Source of the DNA: Omnitrophica WOR_2 bacterium RIFCSPHIGHO2_02_FULL_50_17
Lineage (GTDB): Bacteria; Omnitrophota; Gorgyraeia; Zapsychrales; Zapsychraceae
DNA: 57,933 nucleotides
Reading direction: 5' to 3'
NCBI GenBank assembly: GCA_001805645.1
Contig: MHGQ01000049.1
Span: forward strand, 6,283-64,215
Each line of letters opens with the position of its first letter. Position 1 is the stretch's first letter. The position numbers were made by a program, and so were the translations under genes. Shown one piece after another: positions 9,682 to 18,852 of the stretch. Under the pieces are notes generated by a model that was given only the letters and a program-made list of their open reading frames with translations, ran no database searches and was not told the DNA's origin.

Positions 9682-9740
9682 CTGCTTTTCTGTTTCCCGT
9701 TTTTCAGTTCTTCGGTTCTTCAGTTTCTCAATCTTTCTAT
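9682..9740. repeat. Upstream arm of 8-nt periodic repeats, inverted relative to 9212-9297
   Basis: Minus strand reads ATAGAAAGATTGAGAAACTGAAGAACCGAAGAACTGAAAAACGGGAAACAGAAAAGCAG. Confidence 0.9.
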
Positions 9741-11356
9741 TCCTCCTGCGTCACGCGCAGGACTTCCTCCTGGGATGTGAGCTTCTGCGTGACCTTCTCC
9801 AGGCCGTCCTCGCGCAGCGTCTTCATCCCCGCCTTGATCGCGGCCTTGCGGATCTCCTCGGACGAAGACTTCTGTGTAATAAGCTGCCGGATGTCCTCAT
9901 TAAGAATCATCAACTCATAGATCCCCATCCGCCCTTTATAGCCCGTATTCAGGCACGCCTTGCATCCCTTGCCTTCGCAGCCTTTACAAAAAAGCCTGAC
10001 CAGCCTCTGGGCAATCACGCCAATCACAGACGAGGAGATAAGATAAGGTTCAATCCCCATATCCAACAGCCGCGTGACGGCCCCGGGGGCGTCATTGGTA
10101 TGGAGTGTGGCAAATACCAAATGCCCTGTTAAAGCGGCCTGAATAGCGATCTCGGCCGTCTCCAGGTCTCTGATCTCGCCGACCATAATGATATCGGGGT
10201 CCTGTCTTAAAACAGAGCGCAGGCCTTTGGCAAATGTCAAATCCGCCTGGAGGTTCACCTGAATCTGACGGATGCCGTGCAAACGATACTCCACCGGGTC
10301 CTCGATCGTGATAATATTTTTCTCAGGCGTATTTAAAATGTTCAAGGAGGCATAAAGCGTTGTTGTCTTTCCCGAACCCGTCGGGCCCGTGACCAGAATA
10401 ATCCCGTGCGCCTGCTTAACGAGCTTCCGGTAGTGAGTCAGAGTCTCCCGGGCAAACCCCAGTTGCTCCAGCCCCAAAACCGCGCTGGTCGCATCCAAAA
10501 GCCGCATGACGACATTCTCCCCGTAAATGGTGGGGACACACGAGATGCGCAGGTCGATCTGTCTGTTTTCCATCTTCATGTGAAACCGGCCGTCCTGGGG
10601 CCTGCGGCGCTCGGCGATATCCAGGTTGGCCAGGACCTTGATGCGGGAAATGATCGCGGATTGAAAATGCTTCGGAGGCGACTCTTTCTCGTAAAGGACT
10701 CCGTCAATGCGGAAACGTATCGCAAGGCTCTCCTCCTGCGGCTCGACATGAATATCCGAGGCGCCTTCCCTGACAGCCTCCATCACCATGATATTGACGA
10801 GGCGCACCACGGGGGGTTCATCGGCGATACCTGCAAGACGCTTGAGCTCGACCTCTTCGCCGTCCTTGATGCCCAATTTGTGTTCATCCAACCCCTTAAT
10901 CACCTCTTCCATGCTGCCCCGCACCCCGTAGTATTCATCGAGGGCCTTCTTGATTTCCGCCTCCGTGGAGACGGCCGGCTCGACAGTCAACCCCGTATTC
11001 ATCCTCACCTCATCCAGGGCAAAAATATTCATAGGATCCGCCATCGCGCATGTAACATTCCTGCCGATCTTCAAGATGGGAATCAATTGGTATTTCCGTG
11101 CCAATACCTCCGGCACACAGTCAATGACCTTGGTGTCAATCAGATAATTGCTCAGCTCGATGCGCGGGATATCCATCTGCCTGGCCAGGAAGCTGACCAT
11201 ATCCTCTTCGCTGATGGCCCCCTTCTCAACCAAAACTTTTCTCAAAGGCCTGCCTGTCTTCCTCTCTTCTTCCTGGGCCTCCTGCCATACCTTTGAGGTA
11301 ATCACCCCCTGCTCCAGCAGCCATTCCCCTAAAGATTTTTTCTCTCGTCGTGGCAT
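9737..11356 (-). CDS. pilB: PilB/GspE assembly ATPase
   Basis: MshEN-like N-terminus, ASDIHVEP, Walker A GPTGSGKTTT, TIEDPVE, LRQDPDIIMVGEIRD, TGHLVFATLHTN, CxxC pairs. Confidence 0.95.
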   Translation of the reverse strand: MPRREKKSLGEWLLEQGVITSKVWQEAQEEERKTGRPLRKVLVEKGAISEEDMVSFLARQMDIPRIELSNYLIDTKVIDCVPEVLARKYQLIPILKIGRNVTCAMADPMNIFALDEVRMNTGLTVEPAVSTEAEIKKALDEYYGVRGSMEEVIKGLDEHKLGIKDGEEVELKRLAGIADEPPVVRLVNIMVMEAVREGASDIHVEPQEESLAIRFRIDGVLYEKESPPKHFQSAIISRIKVLANLDIAERRRPQDGRFHMKMENRQIDLRISCVPTIYGENVVMRLLDATSAVLGLEQLGFARETLTHYRKLVKQAHGIILVTGPTGSGKTTTLYASLNILNTPEKNIITIEDPVEYRLHGIRQIQVNLQADLTFAKGLRSVLRQDPDIIMVGEIRDLETAEIAIQAALTGHLVFATLHTNDAPGAVTRLLDMGIEPYLISSSVIGVIAQRLVRLFCKGCEGKGCKACLNTGYKGRMGIYELMILNEDIRQLITQKSSSEEIRKAAIKAGMKTLREDGLEKVTQKLTSQEEVLRVTQEE

Positions 11357-11374
11357 CTTATCCTCACACCTCCT

Positions 11375-11746
11375 CTAATCTTCCCCCAGCAGTTCCTTCA
11401 CTTTCCCGACCAGAAGCTGAGGGTCAAACGGCTTTGTAATATAGGCATTGGCCCCCACTTCCTTTCCCAAATCCCTGTCTTTGTCTTGAGCTCTTGCCGT
11501 AAACATGATAATCGGGATCTTGGCAAACCGGGCATCCATCTTCAAGAGCCCGCAGACCTTATAACCGTCCATCTTAGGCATCATCACATCCAGGATGATC
11601 AGATCCGGTTTTTCTTTCTTGGCGACGTCCAAGCCCTCCTGCCCGTCACAGGCCGATATCACATCATATCCATGGGCCTTCAGTCTCATCCCCACCATCT
11701 GAACAATGACTCTCTCGTCGTCCACAACTAAAATTTTCTTAGGCAT
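11375..11746 (-). CDS. Single-domain response regulator (REC only)
   Basis: MPKKILVVDDE...DLIILDVMMPKMDG...TA...KPF; start moved to 11746 from ORF track 11851. Confidence 0.93.
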   Translation of the reverse strand: MPKKILVVDDERVIVQMVGMRLKAHGYDVISACDGQEGLDVAKKEKPDLIILDVMMPKMDGYKVCGLLKMDARFAKIPIIMFTARAQDKDRDLGKEVGANAYITKPFDPQLLVGKVKELLGED

Positions 11747-12113
11747 TATTCCCCTCTCCCAGATGCTTCCGTATTTTTTCCAGCAGTTCCTTGTCATTAA
11801 ACGGCTTGACAATATAATCCTTGACTCCCTCGATTTTAAATATCTCATCAAATCCCGGTTTCGCCGTCAGGACAATGATAGGACACGGCTTCAAATCCGG
11901 ATTCGTCTTGGAATCCTGCACAAAGGAATAGCCGTCCAGTTCCGGCATCATAATATCCAGGATAATCAAATCCGGTTTTTCTTTTTTCCATGTTTCCAGC
12001 CCCGCCATGCCGTCACCGGCCGTGACGACCCCATAACCATTGGCCTCCAAACGTACTTTAAGCACCTGAACGAATTGCGGTTCGTCGTCAATCACGAGTA
12101 TCTTCTTGGACAT
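11739..12113 (-). CDS. Single-domain response regulator (REC only)
   Basis: MSKKILVIDDE...LDIMMPELDG...LTAK...KPF; start moved to 12113, which has a GGGAGG SD upstream. Confidence 0.93.
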   Translation of the reverse strand: MSKKILVIDDEPQFVQVLKVRLEANGYGVVTAGDGMAGLETWKKEKPDLIILDIMMPELDGYSFVQDSKTNPDLKPCPIIVLTAKPGFDEIFKIEGVKDYIVKPFNDKELLEKIRKHLGEGNNA

Positions 12114-12134
12114 CGTCTTTCCCTCCCCTTGTAA

Positions 12135-12193
12135 TCGCCGATGACACAGATGCCAGCCCCCCGATACCACATCCTTATCGGTGTCCTCAGCGG
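12135..12193. repeat. Imperfect intergenic hairpin with about 9-nt units
   Basis: TCGCCGATGACACAGAT (12135-12151) vs ATCGGTGTCCTCAGCGG (12177-12193), 13/17 complementary. Confidence 0.6.
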
Positions 12194-12199
12194 TTGCCA

Positions 12200-15100
12200 T
12201 TATAACAGTTCTCTGACAAGCTGCCCCAGCTTTTCAAATCCCCCTGTTTTGCTGATGACAGAGATATCCCCCAGCTCCGAAAATTCTTTCTTAACCTCAC
12301 CTTTCTCCTTCGCTGTCAGGACAATCACCGGAATAGAAGCCGTGCGCACATCATGTTTTAACCGCCCCAACACCTCATAGCCGTTCATCTTCGGCAGCAT
12401 AATATCCAGGATAATCAAATCCGGCACCTTCTCCTGCACCCTGAGGAGGGCCTCCTGTCCGTCCCTGGCCGATTCGAGCTCAATGTCTTCACGCTCAAGG
12501 TTCATCTTTACAATACGGAAGATCTCCGGGTTGTCATCCACTACGAGAATGCGTTTCTTTCGGGCCATATCGTTGAAGGCCGCCTGCACCAGGCTTGGCC
12601 GGTCCCTAGCATCCAAAGGATAGGCGGCTAACCCAAATTGAATCTCCAAATCCCCTTTATCCTCAATCTGAAGGACGCATTCCTCCAGGGCGCTCTTGAA
12701 CCGTTTAATGACCGCCAAGCCGCCCGCGCGGTTCGTCCACGGCAAAACGGCGTAAACCGTATGGGCATCATAAAGAATGTAGCGATCCTGCGGCCGGGAA
12801 ACGATCTTGGAGGTGATATCGCACAAGCTGGCGATAATATCAATTAACATCTTCTCGCCATATCGATTCTTGATAACCTCGCTGTTCTTTAAATGGACAA
12901 CCATAAAAGAAACAAACTGTTTCTGGGCATCGGCCTCTTCTAAGATATGCCCCACTTGGGCATCAAAACCGGCCCGAACGGTCTTATAAGTCGGCAGGGT
13001 AAAGAAAAATGTTGTCCCTTTGCCGGATTTACTTTCGACCCAAATTTTCCCGCTGTGCAATTCCACGAGCGCCTTGGTAATCGAGAGGCCTAAACCCGTC
13101 CCCTTCATTCCCGGCCCGTAGGTCCTTCCAAATTGCTCAAACTTATTAAATACCTTAGGGAGATCCTCCTCGGCGATCCCGACACCGTTGTCTTTCACAC
13201 TGCAGAGGATGTCTTCGGGGCGCACCTGAAGACCGATTTCAATCCTACCCCCCTCAGGCGTAAATTTATGGGCGTTATTCAATAAATTTGTTATGATCTG
13301 AATAATTTTATCCCTATCCGCATACAGGGGACAGGCCTCCGGCGGCAGTTTCATCTCAACAGTCTGTTTCTTCGTTGCCAGGATTTTCTGATAAATATCG
13401 CCGATGTGTTCCAGAAGCGCGCGAAAATCCATCAACCCTTGTCTTAAAGCCACTTTGCCGGCCTCAATTTTGGAAATATCCAAAAGATCGTTGATAATGG
13501 TATTCAGCCGCGACAAATTGTCTTGGGAGGTCTGCAAAAGGTCTTTTTGCTGTTCACTGATGGGGCCGACAATCCCGTCGAGAATAAGATTAATCCCCTC
13601 CGTCGTGATGGACAACGGCGTCCTCAACTCATGAGAGACCGTGGAGACGAATTCATCCTTGAGCTTTTCGATCTGCTTTTCCCTGGTCACATCGATGAGG
13701 ATGGCAACGATTCCGATGATCTTTCCCTCTTCATCTTTGACGGGCGAGATGTCGCTGTGCACATAAAGCCCCCCCTCCCCCTGGGGGATAACGATTTCCC
13801 GCGTTACCGATCCCTTTTGCGTTTGAGATTCCTGGATGGCCTTATCCAAACCAATCATTCTCATTTTTCTATTGAGGGCCGCGCTGGAAATCTCCTCCTC
13901 CTGCATGAACCCCAGCATCTGCCTGGCCTTAGGATTAAAAACGACGATCTCGCCGCGCTCATCCACCATGATGACCCCTTCCGCCATACTCTCGACCATG
14001 CTCTCCATTTTGCTTTTTTCCGCCCTGATGACCGCCCGTAAACGTTCCAGGGCCGTAGAGGCCTGATTGACAATCGTATAAATAAGCCGCACACTGCTTT
14101 CGTTAAAGGCGTAATCTCTGCAGCTGGAGATATTAATCATGCCGATCATGCGGCCCTGAACGATAAAGGGGATATTAAAAAAAGACTTTATCTTGTCACG
14201 GGGTCTTTTCTCATCTTCTTTTCTGCCCAAAGAGGACGGTATCGAATCCTCGTAAATATGCCGGCTTTGAAGATCCTCCCCCGTCAAGACCGATGTGGCC
14301 TGAAGGAGCGTCCCTTTAACTTCTCCTATAAACTTGGAGCTTTCCTGACGGGCTGAGCGCGAGGTGATACTCACCGTGTGGTCGTCAAAAAGAAGGGAGG
14401 CGCAGATATCGTAGTCCACAACACGAGAAAGGGCCTCCATAATAAGCCCAAGCAGGGTCTGATAATCCAGGGTATAGGAAATGGCGTTCGAGACATCATA
14501 AAGCACGGAAAGCTCAAAGGTGCGCTCTTTGACCCTCTCCTCAAGGGTTTTGGAGAAAGCCTCGATTTCCTCTTTGGCGTTTCGAAATCCCCTATTGGAT
14601 CTTTCCAGTTCTCCCTTAGACTCGGCCAAGTCCTCCAGAATATTCAGCATAGCCTCCTGGTCTCGAGACAAATCCCTTGTGCGTTCCTCAACCCTATGCT
14701 CCAGGGTGTGCGACCATCCCTCCAGATCACGCTTCGACTTCTCCAAATCCTCGATGAGGTTTTTCATCCCGCGCATATCCCGCGCCGCGCCCACCACCGC
14801 TCTCGTCTTACGATGCAGGGAGGGGGAAAGACGGTCTCCCTTGGCATAGATCACGCCGCCTGAAAAACTGACCGGTATCTGTTCCCCTCCTTTTGTCACA
14901 TAAATCAGGCTGAGATTGCGTGCAGCCCCTTCCCTGAGGAATGCGTTGAAATGGGCACCGGCAAAAAAATCTTTCAGTGTGGATTCATCGCGAACAACTA
15001 TTCCCGCGTGCCGGCCGAGCAATTCCTCCTCGCTGTAGCCCACTAAATCCAATGTCGTTTGATTCACCATCTTGATAACACCCTCGGCATCGGTCACGAT

Positions 15101-16288
15101 AAGGGCATCCGTCATGGCTTTAAGAATAGAATCCACATACGCCTTCTCAATGAGTTCCGCCCGCTGCTCTTTCAAATGCCGTATCATGGCATTAAAATTT
15201 TGCGTCAAAGAACCGATTTCATCCCTGGAAGAATAATCTGCCTTTCCGTCTAAATGGCCATGAGCCGCCCGTGTCGCGATTTCCGACATATCCACGATAG
15301 GCTTGGCCATCCGGCGTGCTATGAAAAAAGCGCTCACGCCCACCAGTAAGGTCACAAGGCCCCCCAGTCCCCACGACATGGTCGTAAGCTGCCGGATACC
15401 GGCAAAGGCTTCCTGTTCATGCCGTTCGGCGACCACGACCCACTTAAAACCCCTCATGACCATACACCTCGAGGCGCCGACCACAGGAACTCCCTGATAA
15501 TCCCGCCACAGGCCGGCGGCCTCCTTCCCTTTCGCCAGGCATTCCTGCACAGGATACGTGTCCACCTTCTGGCGAAACACTGCGTCGCTCATAAAAGGCG
15601 CGGCCATCATCACGAGTCTTTCTTGATTGATCAGATAGACTTTATCCGTCTTTCCCAAACCTTCCGGCTGCTTCTCGGCCTCGCCAAGATAAAGTTCCTC
15701 AGAAGCAAATAACGCATGGACCGCCTCGGCTTGGTAATGCATCACCAAAACCCCCAGGATTCTTTGCGGCTGCCCGCGGGATCGTATCGGGGTGGAGATG
15801 TCCAACGCCAAAATCCCCTCAGGACCTCGACGGAAATCCTCGACATGCACCTCTTCCCTGCCCTTGAGATAATACCGTTGTGCAGATTGATCAAGACCGA
15901 TTCTTTTAAGATCCGTCGAGGCCGCTATCTTCCCATCCAGGCCGAGAATATCAATCACATCCAATTCCGGATCAAGGGGTTTTTTATTTTTTAATAAATG
16001 AACATTTAAATTTTGCCTAACATCCCCCATCGGTTCATCCCCTCTGGCCAGATGTTCCAGACTATCCCGGATGAATCCATCAGAGGCGAAATCCTGCGTT
16101 CTCGCCTCCCATTTCTGGAGGTAGATAAGAACCCCTTTCCCTTTGGACTCGCTGATGCTGCTTAAGCCCTGTAAGAGAGACTGCCTCAGCAAGGCGTTCG
16201 TACTATGAAAAATAACGACACCCATGAAAAGGAGAGGCAAGAGAATCGTTAACCCAACAACAACAAGGAATTTATAGCGAATAGACAT
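12200..16288 (-). CDS. Hybrid sensor histidine kinase (Cache-HAMP-PAS-GAF-PAS-HisKA-HATPase-degenerate GGDEF-REC)
   Basis: Two TMs, HAMP (SRDEIGSLTQNFNAM), PAS, H-box VSHELRTPL, N/G boxes (NLLNNAHKF, DNGVGI, GTGLGL), C-terminal REC LDIMLP. Confidence 0.93.
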   Translation of the reverse strand: MSIRYKFLVVVGLTILLPLLFMGVVIFHSTNALLRQSLLQGLSSISESKGKGVLIYLQKWEARTQDFASDGFIRDSLEHLARGDEPMGDVRQNLNVHLLKNKKPLDPELDVIDILGLDGKIAASTDLKRIGLDQSAQRYYLKGREEVHVEDFRRGPEGILALDISTPIRSRGQPQRILGVLVMHYQAEAVHALFASEELYLGEAEKQPEGLGKTDKVYLINQERLVMMAAPFMSDAVFRQKVDTYPVQECLAKGKEAAGLWRDYQGVPVVGASRCMVMRGFKWVVVAERHEQEAFAGIRQLTTMSWGLGGLVTLLVGVSAFFIARRMAKPIVDMSEIATRAAHGHLDGKADYSSRDEIGSLTQNFNAMIRHLKEQRAELIEKAYVDSILKAMTDALIVTDAEGVIKMVNQTTLDLVGYSEEELLGRHAGIVVRDESTLKDFFAGAHFNAFLREGAARNLSLIYVTKGGEQIPVSFSGGVIYAKGDRLSPSLHRKTRAVVGAARDMRGMKNLIEDLEKSKRDLEGWSHTLEHRVEERTRDLSRDQEAMLNILEDLAESKGELERSNRGFRNAKEEIEAFSKTLEERVKERTFELSVLYDVSNAISYTLDYQTLLGLIMEALSRVVDYDICASLLFDDHTVSITSRSARQESSKFIGEVKGTLLQATSVLTGEDLQSRHIYEDSIPSSLGRKEDEKRPRDKIKSFFNIPFIVQGRMIGMINISSCRDYAFNESSVRLIYTIVNQASTALERLRAVIRAEKSKMESMVESMAEGVIMVDERGEIVVFNPKARQMLGFMQEEEISSAALNRKMRMIGLDKAIQESQTQKGSVTREIVIPQGEGGLYVHSDISPVKDEEGKIIGIVAILIDVTREKQIEKLKDEFVSTVSHELRTPLSITTEGINLILDGIVGPISEQQKDLLQTSQDNLSRLNTIINDLLDISKIEAGKVALRQGLMDFRALLEHIGDIYQKILATKKQTVEMKLPPEACPLYADRDKIIQIITNLLNNAHKFTPEGGRIEIGLQVRPEDILCSVKDNGVGIAEEDLPKVFNKFEQFGRTYGPGMKGTGLGLSITKALVELHSGKIWVESKSGKGTTFFFTLPTYKTVRAGFDAQVGHILEEADAQKQFVSFMVVHLKNSEVIKNRYGEKMLIDIIASLCDITSKIVSRPQDRYILYDAHTVYAVLPWTNRAGGLAVIKRFKSALEECVLQIEDKGDLEIQFGLAAYPLDARDRPSLVQAAFNDMARKKRILVVDDNPEIFRIVKMNLEREDIELESARDGQEALLRVQEKVPDLIILDIMLPKMNGYEVLGRLKHDVRTASIPVIVLTAKEKGEVKKEFSELGDISVISKTGGFEKLGQLVRELL

Positions 16289-16303
16289 GGTTCCGATTAA
16301 GCC

Positions 16304-16975
16304 CTAGGAAATCTTTTCTTCGATTTTTCTTATTTTCTCTTTTAACTCCCTCATCTTCAGCTCCCTGTCAATAGCCACCTTATAAAAGACCTCCAGATCC
16401 CTTACCTTCTTCTCAAGTATCATGTTTGTCTTGCGCAACTCTTCCGTGCGTTCCTCAACACGCTTGTTCAGCTCTTGGCGCAGCATCAGGAGTTCATCGT
16501 TCATCTTCTGTAATTTTATTGTCTTGTCCTGCAGTTCATCGTTAGCCGTAATCAATTCACGGTTGGAGGCCTCCATCTCCTCGTTGGCCGCATTCAATTC
16601 CCGCGTCCTTTCCTCCACCTCCGCCTCCAGGTCCTGCCCCCAGTTTTTAAGCCTGTCGCTGACGCTGTTAAAATAGGAGGCAAGCAGACCGAATTCGTCC
16701 TGGCGTGTCTCATCGGCGCGGGCGGAGAAATCCCTCTCCTCGACCCGGCGCATGACCTTGAGGAGCTCATCCATAGGTCTTTTCAACATCCGGAAATACG
16801 CAAAGGTGATGATAAAAATTAACAAGACGGTATCCAGAACCGGCCCTAAGAGAACGTATTTTTCCGTTAAAACGGAAAGCGGCGTAAAAAACTCGTATAA
16901 AAGCATAGAAAACTCGACAACAGCAACGAGAAAAAGAAGTTTTATTAAAATGCTCTTTCCTATGTTCATTTTCAC
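16304..16975 (-). CDS. Membrane HAMP/coiled-coil protein without output domain
   Basis: 2 TM, HAMP (DEFGLLASYFN), long coiled coil ending IDRELKMRELKEKI. Confidence 0.8.
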   Translation of the reverse strand: MKMNIGKSILIKLLFLVAVVEFSMLLYEFFTPLSVLTEKYVLLGPVLDTVLLIFIITFAYFRMLKRPMDELLKVMRRVEERDFSARADETRQDEFGLLASYFNSVSDRLKNWGQDLEAEVEERTRELNAANEEMEASNRELITANDELQDKTIKLQKMNDELLMLRQELNKRVEERTEELRKTNMILEKKVRDLEVFYKVAIDRELKMRELKEKIRKIEEKIS

Positions 16976-16999
16976 CGTCGTCCCCCCTTGCTATTGGAA

Positions 17000-18202
17000 T
17001 TATTCCAAAAATTTTTTCAAGGCATCGAAATTCTCGCTCTCAATAAGTCTGATAACCCTGTAGAACTGCGCGACATCGAACGGCTTGACAATGTAAGAGT
17101 CAAACTTTAAGCCCTGGGACTTAAAGATCTCCTCATCTTCCTTAGAGACCGTCATAATCACAACAGGGATATCCTGCAGTAAGGAATCATTTTTTATCTC
17201 CGTTAAGACCTGTCGGCCGTCTTTCCGGGGGAGGTTTAAATCCAGGAGGATAAGATCCGGCAAAGAGACATGCGCGCGGCCTCCTTGCTCTCTGAGGATA
17301 TCCATGGCCTCGATCCCGTCTTGGGCCACCGCCAGGCGGTAGGATATCCCGCTCTCTTTCAAGGCCTCATCCGTCAGGCGCACATCGCCGGGATTATCCT
17401 CCGCGAGCAGAATTTCCAGGGGACGGCCAATCAGGATATTCGAGGTCAAAAGCCCAATCATCTTCAGGAAGGCATAGGTAAAATGCCTGAACCCCTCCGC
17501 CAGCTCCTTGGGGGGTATGTGGGGATAACGTCTTTCGACCTCATCCATCGAAAACTTCATGTCGGATAAACGGACATATTTCATAAAAGCATATCTTTCC
17601 TCTTCCAGGGAATCTTGAAGACGGCCCATCACAGTCAGGATCACCGCCTCCCCTAAAACTGATTTTATCCTTTCCATAACCAATTTATTAAAAATCATGC
17701 TGGCAAACACAAAAAAACCTTCGCGGTCGGCCTCCTCTGTCAGTTTAAGAAAGAAATGAATCTGGTTCAGGTCGATAAGCTTCTTCCCGGCCTTCCTGAA
17801 TTCCGCTTCCTCCCATATCCTGTCGATGCCTTTTAAAAAGGACTTTCTCTCCAACGGTTTGAGGATAAAGCCGTCCGCGCCGGCCTCCACGGCCTGCGCC
17901 ATGCGGGAAGTGTCTTGACGCTGGGCAAGGACAACGATGGTTAAGGGAGAGGTGCGGCGGTCATGCCGGAGCATTTTAATAAAAGAAACCGTGTCCTCCC
18001 CCAAAGAAGCCGCCCTGTCCATATCCAGGAGAAGAAGATTAAAGACATCATTCATAAGCGCCACAAAGGCCTGCTGCGCCGTCTCCACCGTCATTACCGC
18101 AAGACCATCCTCCTTCAGCCACCCCACAAGGGTCTCCCCAAGCTCCTTATCCGTTTGAAGGAGCAAAATCCTGCGCTGTCTCTCTTGTGGAATATTATCC
18201 AT
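17000..18202 (-). CDS. Dual receiver protein (REC-unknown domain-REC)
   Basis: N-terminal atypical REC (LLLLDMD...FILKP), C-terminal REC LAEDN...LDLNLPRKDG...KPF; start 18202 preferred over 18238. Confidence 0.85.
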   Translation of the reverse strand: MDNIPQERQRRILLLQTDKELGETLVGWLKEDGLAVMTVETAQQAFVALMNDVFNLLLLDMDRAASLGEDTVSFIKMLRHDRRTSPLTIVVLAQRQDTSRMAQAVEAGADGFILKPLERKSFLKGIDRIWEEAEFRKAGKKLIDLNQIHFFLKLTEEADREGFFVFASMIFNKLVMERIKSVLGEAVILTVMGRLQDSLEEERYAFMKYVRLSDMKFSMDEVERRYPHIPPKELAEGFRHFTYAFLKMIGLLTSNILIGRPLEILLAEDNPGDVRLTDEALKESGISYRLAVAQDGIEAMDILREQGGRAHVSLPDLILLDLNLPRKDGRQVLTEIKNDSLLQDIPVVIMTVSKEDEEIFKSQGLKFDSYIVKPFDVAQFYRVIRLIESENFDALKKFLE

Positions 18203-18653
18203 TTCTGCCTTTACACGACGGGAGTTTAACAACGGCAAACCAAAAATTTTCTATGGCCTGGACGATGGTTATAAACTGGTCCAAATCCATGGGTTTAATG
18301 ATGTAACAATTGGCGTAGTCCCCATAAGTCCGGGCGATGTCCTCTTCTGCCTTGGAACTTGTGAGAACGACGACGGGTATTTTTTGAAAACCGGCGTCTT
18401 CCTTGATTTCTTTTAAAACCTCACGCCCGTCTTTCTTGGGCAGGTTTAAATCCAAGAGAATAAGATCCGGCGTAGGGCGGTCAGAATAGTCTCCCCTTTT
18501 CTTTAAAAAATCCATGGCCGCCTCACCGTCCTTGACGACATAAAGATTATTGCAAACCTTGCCTTCTTTAAACGCCTCTTTCGTCAGCCGTATATCGGCC
18601 TCGTTGTCCTCAACCAACAGGATTTCGATTACTTGGAGCATATTATTGCCCAT
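18195..18653 (-). CDS. Rcp1-like single-domain response regulator
   Basis: ILLVEDNEAD, LDLNLPKKDGREVL, LTSS, ANCYIIKP; the type usually paired with SHDLQEPLR-class kinases. Confidence 0.93.
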   Translation of the reverse strand: MGNNMLQVIEILLVEDNEADIRLTKEAFKEGKVCNNLYVVKDGEAAMDFLKKRGDYSDRPTPDLILLDLNLPKKDGREVLKEIKEDAGFQKIPVVVLTSSKAEEDIARTYGDYANCYIIKPMDLDQFITIVQAIENFWFAVVKLPSCKGRNG

Positions 18654-18675
18654 ATCTTACCCCTTTCCGCACACG

Positions 18676-18839
18676 TAGTATTATCAAAAGTTTTGACTTC
18701 TAATCTGTTAATCTTCTGTGTTTTCAAACCGTTACAACAATCGAGATTCCCTCCCCCTTGTGGGGAGGGCAGGGAGGGGAATTTCTCAAAATCCCCTCAC
18801 AAGAGGAAGAGAAATTTTTCATAGAACTTTTGACACTAT
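18676..18839. mobile_element. MITE-like element (164 bp) with imperfect TIRs and 8-bp direct repeat
   Basis: TATTATCAAAAGTT (18679-18692) vs AACTTTTGACACTA (18825-18838), 12/14; flanked by CGCACACG at 18668-18675 and 18840-18847. Confidence 0.6.
18747..18780. repeat. G/C-tract palindromic repeat half-unit (BoxC-like)
   Basis: TTCCCTCCCCCTTGTGGGGAGGGCAGGGAGGGGA closely matches the reverse complement of 26591-26627. Confidence 0.75.
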
Positions 18840-18852
18840 CGCACACGCATAA

